A stretch of DNA of 40,308 bases from Gemmatimonadaceae bacterium. Lineage in GTDB: Bacteria > Gemmatimonadota > Gemmatimonadetes > Gemmatimonadales > Gemmatimonadaceae. The notes below the pieces were generated by a model. That model was not told the DNA's origin. It saw only the letters and a list, made by a program, of their open reading frames with translations, and ran no database searches. Positions within the stretch are counted from its first letter, which is position 1. Every line of letters begins with the position of its first letter. Shown here piece after piece: positions 1-9,339 of this stretch. Location: positions 1 to 40,308 of the forward strand of contig JBGAJQ010000047.1 of NCBI GenBank assembly GCA_044224875.1, in the 5' to 3' direction. A program made the translations under genes and the position numbers.

Positions 1-2
1 CG

Positions 3-1451
3 ATGGACCTCGAGGTCAACAAGGCCACGTTCGTGCTGACGACGCATCTCGTGCCAGATGCCGTGGGTAATGGCGCGTATCTCCGCACGCCGGCCCGAAC
101 ACCGTGGCGCACCATCGTGGTGAGCGACAAGGCGACCGACATCCTTGCCTCACGCATCATCCTCAACCTGAACGAACCGTCCGTCATTGCACAGACGGAC
201 TGGATTCGACCGATCAAGTATGTGGGCGTGTGGTGGGAGATGCACGTGGGCCGCTCGACGTGGGACTATGCGGGAACGCAGGACGGGAGCGCGCTGGATG
301 CCGCTACGCCAAAGCCCTCGGGCAAGCACGGCGCGACGACGGCGCGTGTCAAGACCTACATCGACTTCGCCGCGCGCCACGGCCTGGGCGGCGTGCTTGT
401 TGAAGGATGGAACACGGGTTGGGAAGACTGGTTCGGCCAGTGGAAGGAGGACGTCTTCGATTTCGTGACGCCGTATCCGGACTTCAATGTCGCCGAGCTT
501 TCGGCGTACGCGAAGCGCAAGGGTGTGAAGCTCATCATGCACCATGAGACGTCCGGCTCAGCCACGAATTACGAACGCCAGATGGACCACGCCTATGACT
601 TCATGCAGCGATATGGCTATGACGCGGTGAAGACTGGGTACGTGGGGAAGATCATTCCCCGCGGCGAACATCATGATGGCCAATGGATGGTGAACCACTA
701 CAACCGCGTGGCCGCGCGCACCGCGTCACGCCACATCATGCTGGACGCCCACGAGCCCGTGCGCCCCACGGGGCTGCAGCGTACCTACCCCAACTGGTTG
801 GCGTCCGAGGCGGCGCGAGGGAACGAGTTCAACGCCTGGAGCGTCGGCAACGCACCGGATCACGAGACGATCCTCCCGTTTACGCGCCTCATGGGGGGCC
901 CGATGGACTACACGCCGGGCGTCTTCCAGATCAAGCTCGACGTATACCAGGCCGGAAAGAAGGAACAGGTCCACACGACGCTGGCCAAGCAGCTCGCACT
1001 CTACGTGACGATGTACAGCCCGTTGCAGATGGCGGCGGACTTACCCGAGAACTACGAGAAGCATCTGGACGCCTTTCGCTTCATCCAGGACGTGGCGGTG
1101 GACTGGGATACCACTCGCTATGTGGAGGCGGAACCGGGCGACTATCTGACCATCGCCCGCAAGGCGAAGGGGCGACCCGACTGGTTCATTGGAGCGATCA
1201 CCGACGAGAACGCCCGCACGGCCACTGTACCCCTGGACTTCCTGGATGCCAATCGCCGGTACGTGGCAACGGTGTATCGCGACGCCGACGACGCGCATTG
1301 GGAGAAAAACCCCATGGCATACCGCATCGAGTCGTGGGTGGTGACGGGCGCCACGGTGTTGAAGCTGTCGTTAGCGCCAGGTGGTGGTGCGGCGGTGTCG
1401 ATTCATCCCGCGACCGTCGCAGAGGCCTCACGAGTTCCGGTGTACCGATAG
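3..1451 (+). CDS. Glycoside hydrolase family 97 (SusB-like alpha-glucosidase), 5'-truncated by the window edge
   Basis: GH97 hallmarks TPWRTI, KYVGVWWEMH, VLVEGWNTGW, MHHET, VKTGYVG, GPMDYTPG, QMAADLPENY; stop TAG at 1449-1451. Confidence 0.95.
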   Translation: MDLEVNKATFVLTTHLVPDAVGNGAYLRTPARTPWRTIVVSDKATDILASRIILNLNEPSVIAQTDWIRPIKYVGVWWEMHVGRSTWDYAGTQDGSALDAATPKPSGKHGATTARVKTYIDFAARHGLGGVLVEGWNTGWEDWFGQWKEDVFDFVTPYPDFNVAELSAYAKRKGVKLIMHHETSGSATNYERQMDHAYDFMQRYGYDAVKTGYVGKIIPRGEHHDGQWMVNHYNRVAARTASRHIMLDAHEPVRPTGLQRTYPNWLASEAARGNEFNAWSVGNAPDHETILPFTRLMGGPMDYTPGVFQIKLDVYQAGKKEQVHTTLAKQLALYVTMYSPLQMAADLPENYEKHLDAFRFIQDVAVDWDTTRYVEAEPGDYLTIARKAKGRPDWFIGAITDENARTATVPLDFLDANRRYVATVYRDADDAHWEKNPMAYRIESWVVTGATVLKLSLAPGGGAAVSIHPATVAEASRVPVYR

Positions 1452-1528
1452 CCGGGACGCTATACCTCGATGATCTTCAGCGAAGTTTTTCCGGATGATG
1501 TGATTCGTTTTCGCCCGTGGGGCACAAC

Positions 1529-1560
1529 CGGTCGCGATCACTCGTAGCTGATCGCGACCG
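1529..1560. terminator. Perfect 12-bp inverted repeat between convergent genes, probable bidirectional terminator hairpin
   Basis: cggtcgcgatca (1529-1540), 8-nt loop, tgatcgcgaccg (1549-1560); lies between the GH97 and DoxX stops; no U-tract. Confidence 0.55.
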
Positions 1561-1570
1561 ACGACACGGC

Positions 1571-1981
1571 TCAGGTGCGTTGGGCGCCGCCCATTCGCGC
1601 GTCCAGCGAATATGCGCCCGCGCCGGCGAAGGCGAGCGTGAGTGAGCCCGCCGCGAGCAGGAACTCCAGCTCATAGCCGCCGACCAGCCCCTTGGGGAGC
1701 AGCGCCAGCAGAATGGCGGTGACCATGTTGCACACGAACAGCACGCCCAGTAGGCGGGTGAAGATGCCGAGGGCGAGGGCGATGCCGCCGGCGAACTCCA
1801 GCAGGGCAATGCACCAGGCGGCAACGCTTGGCAGCGGAATGCCTAACTGGGTGAAGAATCCCGTCACGCCGGCGTGCCCCATGACGAACAGCTTCATGTA
1901 GCCGTGGGCGGCGAAGACCAAACCGACGGCGAGTCGCAGGACAAGGAGGCCGCGGTCGGGGTTACGTGTGGTGAGGGACAT
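1571..1981 (-). CDS. DoxX family membrane protein
   Basis: 136 aa, four hydrophobic helices, LLVLRLAVGLVFAAHGYMKL, EFAGG..LALGIFTR, GYELE..L, GAGAYSLD. Confidence 0.92.
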   Translation of the reverse strand: MSLTTRNPDRGLLVLRLAVGLVFAAHGYMKLFVMGHAGVTGFFTQLGIPLPSVAAWCIALLEFAGGIALALGIFTRLLGVLFVCNMVTAILLALLPKGLVGGYELEFLLAAGSLTLAFAGAGAYSLDARMGGAQRT

Positions 1982-2222
1982 ACTCTGTTGTCGAGGGGTG
2001 GTGAGGCCAGACGAGCGCGTGCGCGCGAGCTAGGATGTACGCCGAAGATATAAGTCGGGGATGCAGCTGAGCCAGATGCGAGATCAGTACTGGAGTTCAT
2101 ATGCGAGGAGAGCCGCGCCAACTTCCTGACGCGGCTCTCCCTCGAGCTATCCCGCAACAGCGCGCTGCCTCAACCGCAGGCGTCCTCTCTTTCCCTGCGG
2201 GATTCCGCAACGGTCGCGTGAA

Positions 2223-4411
2223 TCAGAACAGCACCTTGTAGACGACGGCGAAGTTGCGGCCGGGATTGTAGGCGAACGATTTGATGCGGCTCGTGGCGTC
2301 CCTGTACTTCGCGTCCGTGAGGTTGTCGGCACGCAGGGTCACGGAGTGCACCAGGCCGCCGCTCAGATGCGACCATCCGACGTTGAGCCCAAGCAGGGTG
2401 TATGCATCCGTCGGCACATCGATGGTGCCACCGGTCACGCGGTCCTGCTTGAAGCCATGCTTCATCTCGCCTCCGACCGAGAATTTCCCGTTGTCCCATC
2501 GGAGGTGTCCGCCGGCACGCGCCGCCGGCATGAAGGGAATGCTCCCGCCATCCTTGAACGACCCGCGCGTGACATCGGTCATCGCGCCTAACACGAGATG
2601 CGGTGCAACCGTTCCCTCGATCCGCCCCTCGACGCCCTTCAGCGTTGCGTCGCCTTGGGTGAAGTGGTTCAAGGGAACCGTCTCTCCCGACTCCAACGTG
2701 GTGTCGCTGCCGATGCTCGGCACCACGTAGTTTGCGATTGAGCTGTAGTACGTGGCGAATTGCGCGTCGACCTTGCCACTCTGGATCCGGTAGACGGCCT
2801 CGACGCCGTTGTTGGTCTCGGGTTTCAGGTCCGGGTTGCCCACATCGAACGTCCCGGCCGCGGCATGAAAGGCATTGGAGAAGAGCTCCTCCACACTCGG
2901 CGCCCGGAAGGCGCGCGCCGCGCTCAGGGCGAGTGATGCGGTATGCGTGATTGGCAGCGTGAGGCCCACCGAGCCGGAAAAGGCCGTGAAGTCGAGGGAC
3001 CGGGGAGTGCCGAACTTCGGGTCGCCGGCCTTGGAGTCGATGTTGTAGCTGTCATACCTGGCTCCGACCTGCAAGTGGGGCACGTAATCGCGCCCGGTCA
3101 TGCTCAGCGGAACGTCCTGGTACAGGAAGAGGCCGAGCCCCTTGGAGTCCGCCGCGGGGGTCAGGGCTTCGTCGCCGGTGGCCCCATACTGCTTGAACAG
3201 TCCATTCACGCCTAACGCGCCCGTCGCACGCCCGAACGCACTCTTCGCGGTGATGTTCGCGGTCTGGGTCTTGAGGTTGAAGGACGTCGCCACGTCGCCC
3301 GTATTCTCGATCTCGCTGTGTTTGTAGCTGGTGGCCGAACCCGCAATTGACACCAGCGGGAACATTCGGTTGCCGTTTATTTCCGCGCGCAACTTGCCGT
3401 CGTTGCGTAGCCCATCGATCTTGCCGCCGGCCTCGGGATCGCCGACCTCGGCGGGAAGGCCGTAGCGAAAGTCATAACGTCCAACCGACAGCCCGAACAT
3501 CCCCCGGGATCCGATGGCGCTGATCCCGGCGCCCATGTGGTTGTTCTTCGAGTCCGAATTGAACAAGTCCTCACCGCCCCCCATGCGAACGGATTTCGTG
3601 TTCCGGAAGCCACCGGATGTCGTTAGGGCCACAGCGGAACCGAGCGGAATGGTGAGTCCGCCGGTCGCGGCACCGCCCGGTGTGGAGGATTCACTCTGTC
3701 CGGCGATGTAGCCGGCAATGTGTGAGGGGACCGAACTCGGGATCTCGTTCGAGATGACGTTGACGACTCCCCCAAGGGCACTACTGCCGTACAGCAGGGA
3801 GGCGGGCCCGCGCACGACTTCAATGCGATCCGCGGCCAAGGCTCACCGGTGAGGCCACGTATGATCGGCATGTTGGCCGCCGGGCCATTGTAGCGGGAAC
3901 CCATGCCCGGCTCGCTCTCCAGCGTCTGGGCGAGACTGGAACTCAAGCTTCGAGCGAGCTCCTTGCCGCCGAGGTCCACCGTCGACTGCGTGATCCCCAG
4001 CGCGTCACCACCTTCCGGGGTGGCGGTAACGACCACATTGCTCAGGCGGAGTGGCGTCGCGTGCATAACGATGGTGAGCGCCACGTCATCGCCGGTGGCC
4101 GGCACGTCGACGGTCGCCTCGGCGCGTGCGAATCCAATGAGCACGGCATCGATGTGGTAGCGGCCAACCGGAAGGCCGCGGAAGACGAACGCGCCATCGG
4201 GGCCACTGGTGGCGACGCGACGAAGGGACGCGATGGTGAGTGTGACGTTAGGCAGCGACGTCCCTGACGAGTCCCGGACAACTCCCCGTATCGCTGGCGC
4301 CGGTAGCGAACCGGCGGTAACCGGGGCCGCAGTGGCACCCGAGACCGAACAAACCAACATGAGGCACGCATGCGCGAGTGAGCGCACGCGCCCGAAAATG
4401 GCACGTTGCAT
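2223..4411 (-). pseudogene. TonB-dependent receptor (ZnuD-like, N-terminal carboxypeptidase-regulatory-like domain), interrupted by a deletion and frameshift near 3840
   Basis: The N-terminal part starts at ATG 4411 (GGGAG RBS; signal peptide; IRGVVRDSSGTSLPNVTLTI; NVVVTAT; PIIRGLTGE). It joins out of frame to LAADRIEVVRGPASLLYGSSALGGVVNVI and a beta-barrel ending PGRNFAVVYKVLF. HAAAGTFDVGNPDLKPE resembles ZnuD-type receptors. Could be an assembly error rather than a true pseudogene. Confidence 0.85.
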
Positions 4412-4518
4412 TCTGAACTCCCATGGCAGGTGAGCGCACGCGGGCCGTGCGACCGGCGGTTCACCGGCTACAGCGCGTGCGAGAACTCGAACTGCGCCGG
4501 CGACGGCGCGGAGTTCAG
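4412..4518 (-). promoter_or_regulatory. Structured intergenic leader: anti-SD overlapping the uORF stop pairs with the receptor RBS
   Basis: ctgaactcc (4413-4421, contains the SD on the minus strand) is the exact reverse complement of ggagttcag (4510-4518, spans the uORF stop). Inner stem cgcacgcg (4435-4442)/cgcgtgcg (4474-4481). Competing hairpin at 4489-4516. Confidence 0.75.
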
Positions 4519-4865
4519 GCCGTGGGTGGTCCCCTGGAGAGAGCGCTCCAGCTCTCGTCGACAGCGTGTGGGAATGCGACTCGCCACTCGGCCAACGGGG
4601 CCAGAACGATGACGCGGACTGGCGCAACGGGAGTCGGACGTTCCGTGGCGCCGCGAGTGGCTAGCTGACAGAGCGTGCAGTCGTCGACATGGGCGCGCAG
4701 GTCGTGCTTGCGACCCGTCTCCTCAGCATGCGACGCGAAGCCTTGGACTACGGCACGCGCGGCTGGCTTGGCGTCAACGATCGATGCCAGACCTGGTCCC
4801 AGCGAAACCGTCGCCGCAACAACGGCGAACACGAATCGCATGAAGGGTCGGAGGCGCTGGCGCAT
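4515..4865 (-). CDS. DUF2946/CruR/CutF-like leader protein (signal peptide, CxxC, C-terminal RGPP arrest motif)
   Basis: 116 aa from ATG 4865: basic N-terminus plus hydrophobic stretch, His-rich segment ending HVDDCTLC, C-terminal SRGPPTA-stop; immediately upstream of a TonB-dependent receptor. Confidence 0.8.
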   Translation of the reverse strand: MRQRLRPFMRFVFAVVAATVSLGPGLASIVDAKPAARAVVQGFASHAEETGRKHDLRAHVDDCTLCQLATRGATERPTPVAPVRVIVLAPLAEWRVAFPHAVDESWSALSRGPPTA

Positions 4866-4871
4866 TACAGT

Positions 4872-4900
4872 ACCGTAATCCCGTGACGTACGAATGACAA
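4872..4900 (-). promoter_or_regulatory. Sigma70-type promoter giving a probable leaderless transcript of the leader ORF
   Basis: TTGTCA (4900-4895), 17 nt, TACGGT (4877-4872), 6 nt, ATG (4865); no SD. Confidence 0.6.
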
Positions 4901-5040
4901 CGGCGCGCACTCCGTTCGCAGCTTCCTAAAGGACTCCGCGGGGGACGAAGTGCGCGTGTGGAATTCGTGCAACCGCACCCTTCAGCCCGGCCGCACGCCG
5001 ATCGAGCCGACGTCCGTTCAGCGACCGAGCGGCCGGATCC

Positions 5041-5793
5041 TCACGGCCGCGGACGCAAGATCGCTCGCGCGGGCGCGGCTTCATGTGCTGCAACCTTCAT
5101 GGGCAACACGACCAGGTCATACTCCCCTGCTTTCACCTCCGAGAGCTGCAGCCCTTCCACGACCGGAATTCCCTTCCCCAGTAGTACCTGATGCGCCTTG
5201 GGCTCTGTAGCCCCGAACTGCTCCGCCGAGATATAGTCAACGCCGACCAGAACGACGCCCGAGTCGGCGAGCAGCTGCGCAGCATCCGGACTGATATACG
5301 CGAAGTCGCGATGGAACGCTGGCGACGACATCCAGCCACGCACCGAGCTTCGGGTGCGGAACAGGATGCGTTTGCTCAACTGCCACTGATGCTTGGTGAG
5401 CTCGCTGGCGTCGATCACCTGAACGCTGTCGGCGATGTCGATCACCCGTGCCGGTCCCATCAGGGGAGACAGGGTGACCTGGTCGATCGACGCGCCACCG
5501 GCGACGAAGTGCATGGGCGCGTCGATGTGCGTGCCACTGTGTGCACCTAACGAATACGCCGAGAGTGTGAGGTTGTCCCCCTTGCGCATGTCCTTGAGGA
5601 ATGTGAAGCGCATGGGCGCGTCCCCTTCGTAGACCGGCGTGGTGGCCGAGTCGAGCGTGGCGGTCGCGTCGACCCACCCGTCGGCGCTCATCGCTGACTC
5701 GCGTTCAGCGGGCGGTGCCGACGCCGGAGTGCAGGCCAGCGCAAGGACAAGACACGCGAGGGCCGTGGATGGCGCGATCACTGGGCGAGACAT
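5041..5793 (-). CDS. Cyclase family (kynurenine formamidase-like) metal-dependent hydrolase, predicted lipoprotein
   Basis: HSGTHIDAPMHF motif, VGVDYIS, H..LL.KGIPVVEGL, EAAPARA; start moved to ATG 5793 (AGGAG RBS); lipobox-like LALA-C. Confidence 0.88.
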   Translation of the reverse strand: MSRPVIAPSTALACLVLALACTPASAPPAERESAMSADGWVDATATLDSATTPVYEGDAPMRFTFLKDMRKGDNLTLSAYSLGAHSGTHIDAPMHFVAGGASIDQVTLSPLMGPARVIDIADSVQVIDASELTKHQWQLSKRILFRTRSSVRGWMSSPAFHRDFAYISPDAAQLLADSGVVLVGVDYISAEQFGATEPKAHQVLLGKGIPVVEGLQLSEVKAGEYDLVVLPMKVAAHEAAPARAILRPRP

Positions 5794-5857
5794 TTCCGCT
5801 CCTGTTCGATGGGGGTTCCCGGCCGCCGATGGCAACTGAGGGAGTCGATAGTGGCAA

Positions 5858-7219
5858 TCATTGACGCACGATCAGCTGCAACACCAGCGTGCCCGCCAGT
5901 CCCGCAAGACCTATGATCGTTTCCGCCACGGTCCAGGTGCGGAGTGTCTGGGGGACGCTCAGGTTGAAGAATTCGCGGATCAGCCAGAATCCGGAGTCGT
6001 TCACGTGCGAAAGGACGAGCGAACCTGCTCCCGTCGCCAGCACCAACAACTCCGGCGGTGTTCCGGGCGTCGCATGGGCGATCGGCGCGACAATGCCGGC
6101 GGCCGTGGTCATGGCGACAGTCGCCGAACCGGTGGCCACGCGAATCAAGGCCGCGACTACCCACGCCAGGACGAGGGGCGACCAGGCCGCGCCACTCGCC
6201 ACATCGGCAATCGCCCGCCCAACACCGCTCTCCACCAGCACGCGGTTGAAGCCCCCGCCAGCACCAATCACGAGAATGATCGTGGCCGTTGGCGCCAGAC
6301 AATCATTGGTGAACTTCAAGAGCTGCTCGCGGGTCATTCCCGCTGGTCGCGCCAACGTCCAGAACGACGCCAACAGGGCCAACAAGAGCGAAACGGCTGG
6401 TGAGCCAACAAAGTCGAGCACCGTACGCGCGGCGTTGCCGGCAGGAAGCACAATGTCTGCTCCACTCGCGAGCAGCATGAGCACCACGGGGATCGTGACC
6501 GTGCCAACACTCCGCGCGAAACTTGGAAGGCTGTTGGGGGTCGCTCCCTCCAGCTGCGTTGCCATGGGTATTTCGGAGGGGAGCACGATGCGACGCGCGA
6601 CCCAGCGGCCAAAAATCGGTCCTGCCAGCGCGGCCGTAGGAATCCCGACACCGATCGCGTAGAGAATCGTGCGCCCCACGTCCGCCCCATAAGCCTCCAC
6701 CGCCAGCATCGCTGCGGGGTGTGGCGGCACCATGCCGTGGACAACCGAGAGACCAGCGACAAGCGGGATGCCGATAGCGATGAGCGATTCGCCTGTTCGC
6801 CTCGTCAGGGTGAACACGAGGGGAATGAGGAGGACGAACCCGACCTGAAAGAAGACGGGCAGACCGACGATGAACCCGACGAGCATCATGGCCCACGGGA
6901 GTCGCCGATCGCCAAAACGTTCGATGAGGGTCGTCGCAATGCGCGTGGCTGCACCCGACTCCGCCATGATCTTGCCGAGCATAGTGCCGAGTCCAACCAC
7001 CAGTGCAATCTGTCCGAGTGTGGCGCCCACCCCATCTTGGAGCGCCTTGAGCGCAGTTGCCGGCGGCATCCCAGCGGCAACACCCATCCCGAGTGACACC
7101 AGCACCAACGCGATGAGCGGGTGCCACTTCACTCGTGCGATCAGGACGATCAGCAATACGACCGCGGCAAGGGCATACAGCAGCAACACCGTGCCGGCGC
7201 TCAAGGCGGACCACCCCAT
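5858..7219 (-). CDS. gntP: Gluconate:H+ symporter (GntP/GntT family)
   Basis: Multi-pass hydrophobic protein with HGMVPPHPAA, LIRVATGSATVA, SHVNDSGFW; adjacent to gluconokinase; start moved to ATG 7219. Confidence 0.93.
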   Translation of the reverse strand: MGWSALSAGTVLLLYALAAVVLLIVLIARVKWHPLIALVLVSLGMGVAAGMPPATALKALQDGVGATLGQIALVVGLGTMLGKIMAESGAATRIATTLIERFGDRRLPWAMMLVGFIVGLPVFFQVGFVLLIPLVFTLTRRTGESLIAIGIPLVAGLSVVHGMVPPHPAAMLAVEAYGADVGRTILYAIGVGIPTAALAGPIFGRWVARRIVLPSEIPMATQLEGATPNSLPSFARSVGTVTIPVVLMLLASGADIVLPAGNAARTVLDFVGSPAVSLLLALLASFWTLARPAGMTREQLLKFTNDCLAPTATIILVIGAGGGFNRVLVESGVGRAIADVASGAAWSPLVLAWVVAALIRVATGSATVAMTTAAGIVAPIAHATPGTPPELLVLATGAGSLVLSHVNDSGFWLIREFFNLSVPQTLRTWTVAETIIGLAGLAGTLVLQLIVRQ

Positions 7220-7752
7220 GGCGTGCGATGGGCCCGGTGTTCGTTTGCCACTCGCTGCACGAGCGCAGAGACGATTGCCGACGGGGGCTCTCTCACGTCC
7301 ACCACCCACGGGGACTCGTCGGGTGTCGGCTCCTCCAGCGCCTCAAACTGACTGTCCAACAACGTGGCGGGCATGAAGTGTCCGGTACGTTGCGCCATGC
7401 GCGGCGCAATCACCTCGCGCGTCCCCTTCAGGTAGATGAAACACACCGTGGGAGCGGACGCCCGAAGAGTTGCGCGATACTTGGCTTTGAGCGCCGAGCA
7501 CGCGGCGACCAGCCCAGAGCCCCGGCCGGCAGCCTCAGCGAGGCGTCCAGCGATCAGCTTCAACCACTCGGCACGGTCCTCGTCGGTGAGTGCAATGCCG
7601 GCCGCCATTCGCTGGCGATTCGCCGCGGTGTGCAGATCGTCGCCGTCAACGAACGGGAGGCCTGCGGCGTGCGCGAACGCCGCGCCCACATGGCTCTTTC
7701 CAGCGCCAGTGACGCCCATGACCACGTAGAGTCCCGTTTCGCCGCGATTCAT
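7201..7752 (-). CDS. gntK: Gluconokinase (GntK/IdnK type)
   Basis: P-loop MGVTGAGKS, DGDDLH, LTDEDR..WL, ACSALK..YR, HFMPATLLDSQFEALE; start moved to ATG 7752. Confidence 0.93.
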   Translation of the reverse strand: MNRGETGLYVVMGVTGAGKSHVGAAFAHAAGLPFVDGDDLHTAANRQRMAAGIALTDEDRAEWLKLIAGRLAEAAGRGSGLVAACSALKAKYRATLRASAPTVCFIYLKGTREVIAPRMAQRTGHFMPATLLDSQFEALEEPTPDESPWVVDVREPPSAIVSALVQRVANEHRAHRTPWGGPP

Positions 7753-7836
7753 GTGCACACATGACCTCTCGCGCGAGGCGTTGGCAAGGGGCAATTACGT
7801 GCAAGACGTCGCCGCAGGCAACCGGATATCCTTCCA

Positions 7837-7965
7837 TCGCCGGGCATGGCCTACGATGTCGCGCGCGGTCGCGTCGTCCTCTTTGGTGGAGGGCGTACCG
7901 CACGTCCATTTGGCTCGCTCAACGACACGTGGGAGTGGGACGGCGATCGCTGGCTTCCCCAGTGA
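7837..7965 (+). pseudogene. Isolated last Kelch-like repeat; C-terminal remnant of a beta-propeller gene
   Basis: Frame reads SPGMAYDVARGRVVLFGGGRTARPFGSLNDTWEWDGDRWLPQ-stop, matching the AYD..R.RVVLFGG...NDTWEWDG..W repeat; upstream in-frame sequence is not repeat-like; too short for the ORF track. Confidence 0.7.
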
Positions 7966-8126
7966 CGTCACCGCGCCGCCGCCACCGCCTTCACGCGCAC
8001 CCTGAGTTGTTCTCGTTCGTGATCGTTAGTTGCAGTGCCGCCTTCGCCTCGACGCAACGCCCAGGGAACACGCCCACCGAAGCGCAAGAGGTGCGCCGAG
8101 AAGAAAGGCGAGCAGCACGATGGATT

Positions 8127-8996
8127 TCATTGTCCTTTCTGCCGAGCCAGTTCGGTTCGGAACGCCTGGTCTCGATTCATCACGTAATCGCGATACCCAT
8201 GCGGGTCGACAAAGACGGCTAAGGGATTGTCCCTCATGCGAGCGTACTTGCCCTCGAGGTCGAAGTACGAGCCGTGAGCACCAAGAAAGATGTCGACCGG
8301 AAGAGACCGGAGGACGCGAAAAGTGCGTTCGAAGTCCGCTGCCATCTGCGGATACGTCGAGCCGTTCACCAGCTGGTAGCCGGGGTTCACGTTAGGGCTG
8401 CCGATGATCACGACATTGTACCGCTTGCCCCCCTCCTGCACCCTCATGGTCCACGTGGTGCACCCTTTGGTGTGGCCCGGCGTGAGATGTGCCACAAGCT
8501 CGGCGTCGCCTAACGTCACCTCGTCTCCATCGTGCAGTACGCGGTCGACGGTCGTCGCGGGATACTGGTATTCCGGTTGGCCGCCGTAGTGGAAGTCTGC
8601 CTTGCCGCCGGATTCAACAACTGCCACATCGCCATCCATCACGTAGTACTTCGCACCCGTCAGCTTCTTGATTGAATCACTCCCCGCGTTGTGGTCCCAA
8701 TGGGCGTGGCTGATGAGCAGCACCTTGATGTCTGCGAACTTGAAGCCGAGTTGCTCGACGCTCGCACGGAGGAGCGGGACGTTTGCCTCGAGGTCACTGT
8801 TGATGAGGATGTGACCCCTTGGGGTAGCTACGAGATAGCTGGCGAGGCCTTTGCTCCCGACATAGTACAGGTTCCCGACGATCTTGAAGGGGGGAAAGGG
8901 CTCGGTCCAGTCAGCGGGATTCTGCGCGCCGATCAGGCGTAGCGGTGCGAGGAGACAGAATGCCCCCAGCAGCAAGTTGCCGAAGCGACTCCCCAC
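8127..8996 (-). CDS. bla: Subclass B3 metallo-beta-lactamase
   Basis: Signal peptide; WTEPFPPFKIVGNLYYVG; Zn motif SHAHWDH; LTPGHTKGCTTW; DIFLGAH; 289 aa. Confidence 0.92.
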   Translation of the reverse strand: MGSRFGNLLLGAFCLLAPLRLIGAQNPADWTEPFPPFKIVGNLYYVGSKGLASYLVATPRGHILINSDLEANVPLLRASVEQLGFKFADIKVLLISHAHWDHNAGSDSIKKLTGAKYYVMDGDVAVVESGGKADFHYGGQPEYQYPATTVDRVLHDGDEVTLGDAELVAHLTPGHTKGCTTWTMRVQEGGKRYNVVIIGSPNVNPGYQLVNGSTYPQMAADFERTFRVLRSLPVDIFLGAHGSYFDLEGKYARMRDNPLAVFVDPHGYRDYVMNRDQAFRTELARQKGQ

Positions 8997-9041
8997 GATA
9001 TTCTGCCCAGAAAGAGTGACGACGCGTCCTTCGCCCGCCTG

Positions 9042-9069
9042 ACACTACGATGCGATCCCGCATCGTCAA
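9042..9069 (-). promoter_or_regulatory. Candidate promoter of the beta-lactamase with a palindromic operator in the spacer
   Basis: TTGACG (9069-9064), 16 nt, TAGTGT (9047-9042); perfect inverted repeat acgatgcg-atcc-cgcatcgt at 9047-9066. Confidence 0.5.
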
Positions 9070-9339
9070 GTCGTCATGACCTGTGGCGGGACGGTGGAAA
9101 CCGTGATGAAGGGTCGCGCGTCACTTCGGCACTCGACGCGGGGCTTCAGGGGATTAGGGGAACACCCACGAAACGTTCGCGCCGACCCAACCCGGTCCAC
9201 CGTCCAGCCGCGCCAGCAGCTGATGATCGATCCGCCATGCCACGCCGCCCGAGCCGCTCAGCGCCGTGATCACCGCGCCGGCCAGCTGTGCGTTAGGCTT
9301 ACCTCCGACGGGTCACTGGCGCCCAAACGCTCCGTATCG

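Noticed and set aside
9186..9298. GTTAGGC/GCCTAAC words resembling integron attC core sites (also 21793, 24063)
   Set aside because: No paired R''/R' boxes with complementary arms at gene ends, no integrase, and most copies lie inside genes; better explained by the window-wide motif
9154..9312. Minus-strand open frame ending ...GWVGANVSWVFP-stop, resembling the end of a beta-barrel protein
   Set aside because: Only about 50 codons, no convincing start or RBS, and no recognisable family; may be a remnant but cannot be supported
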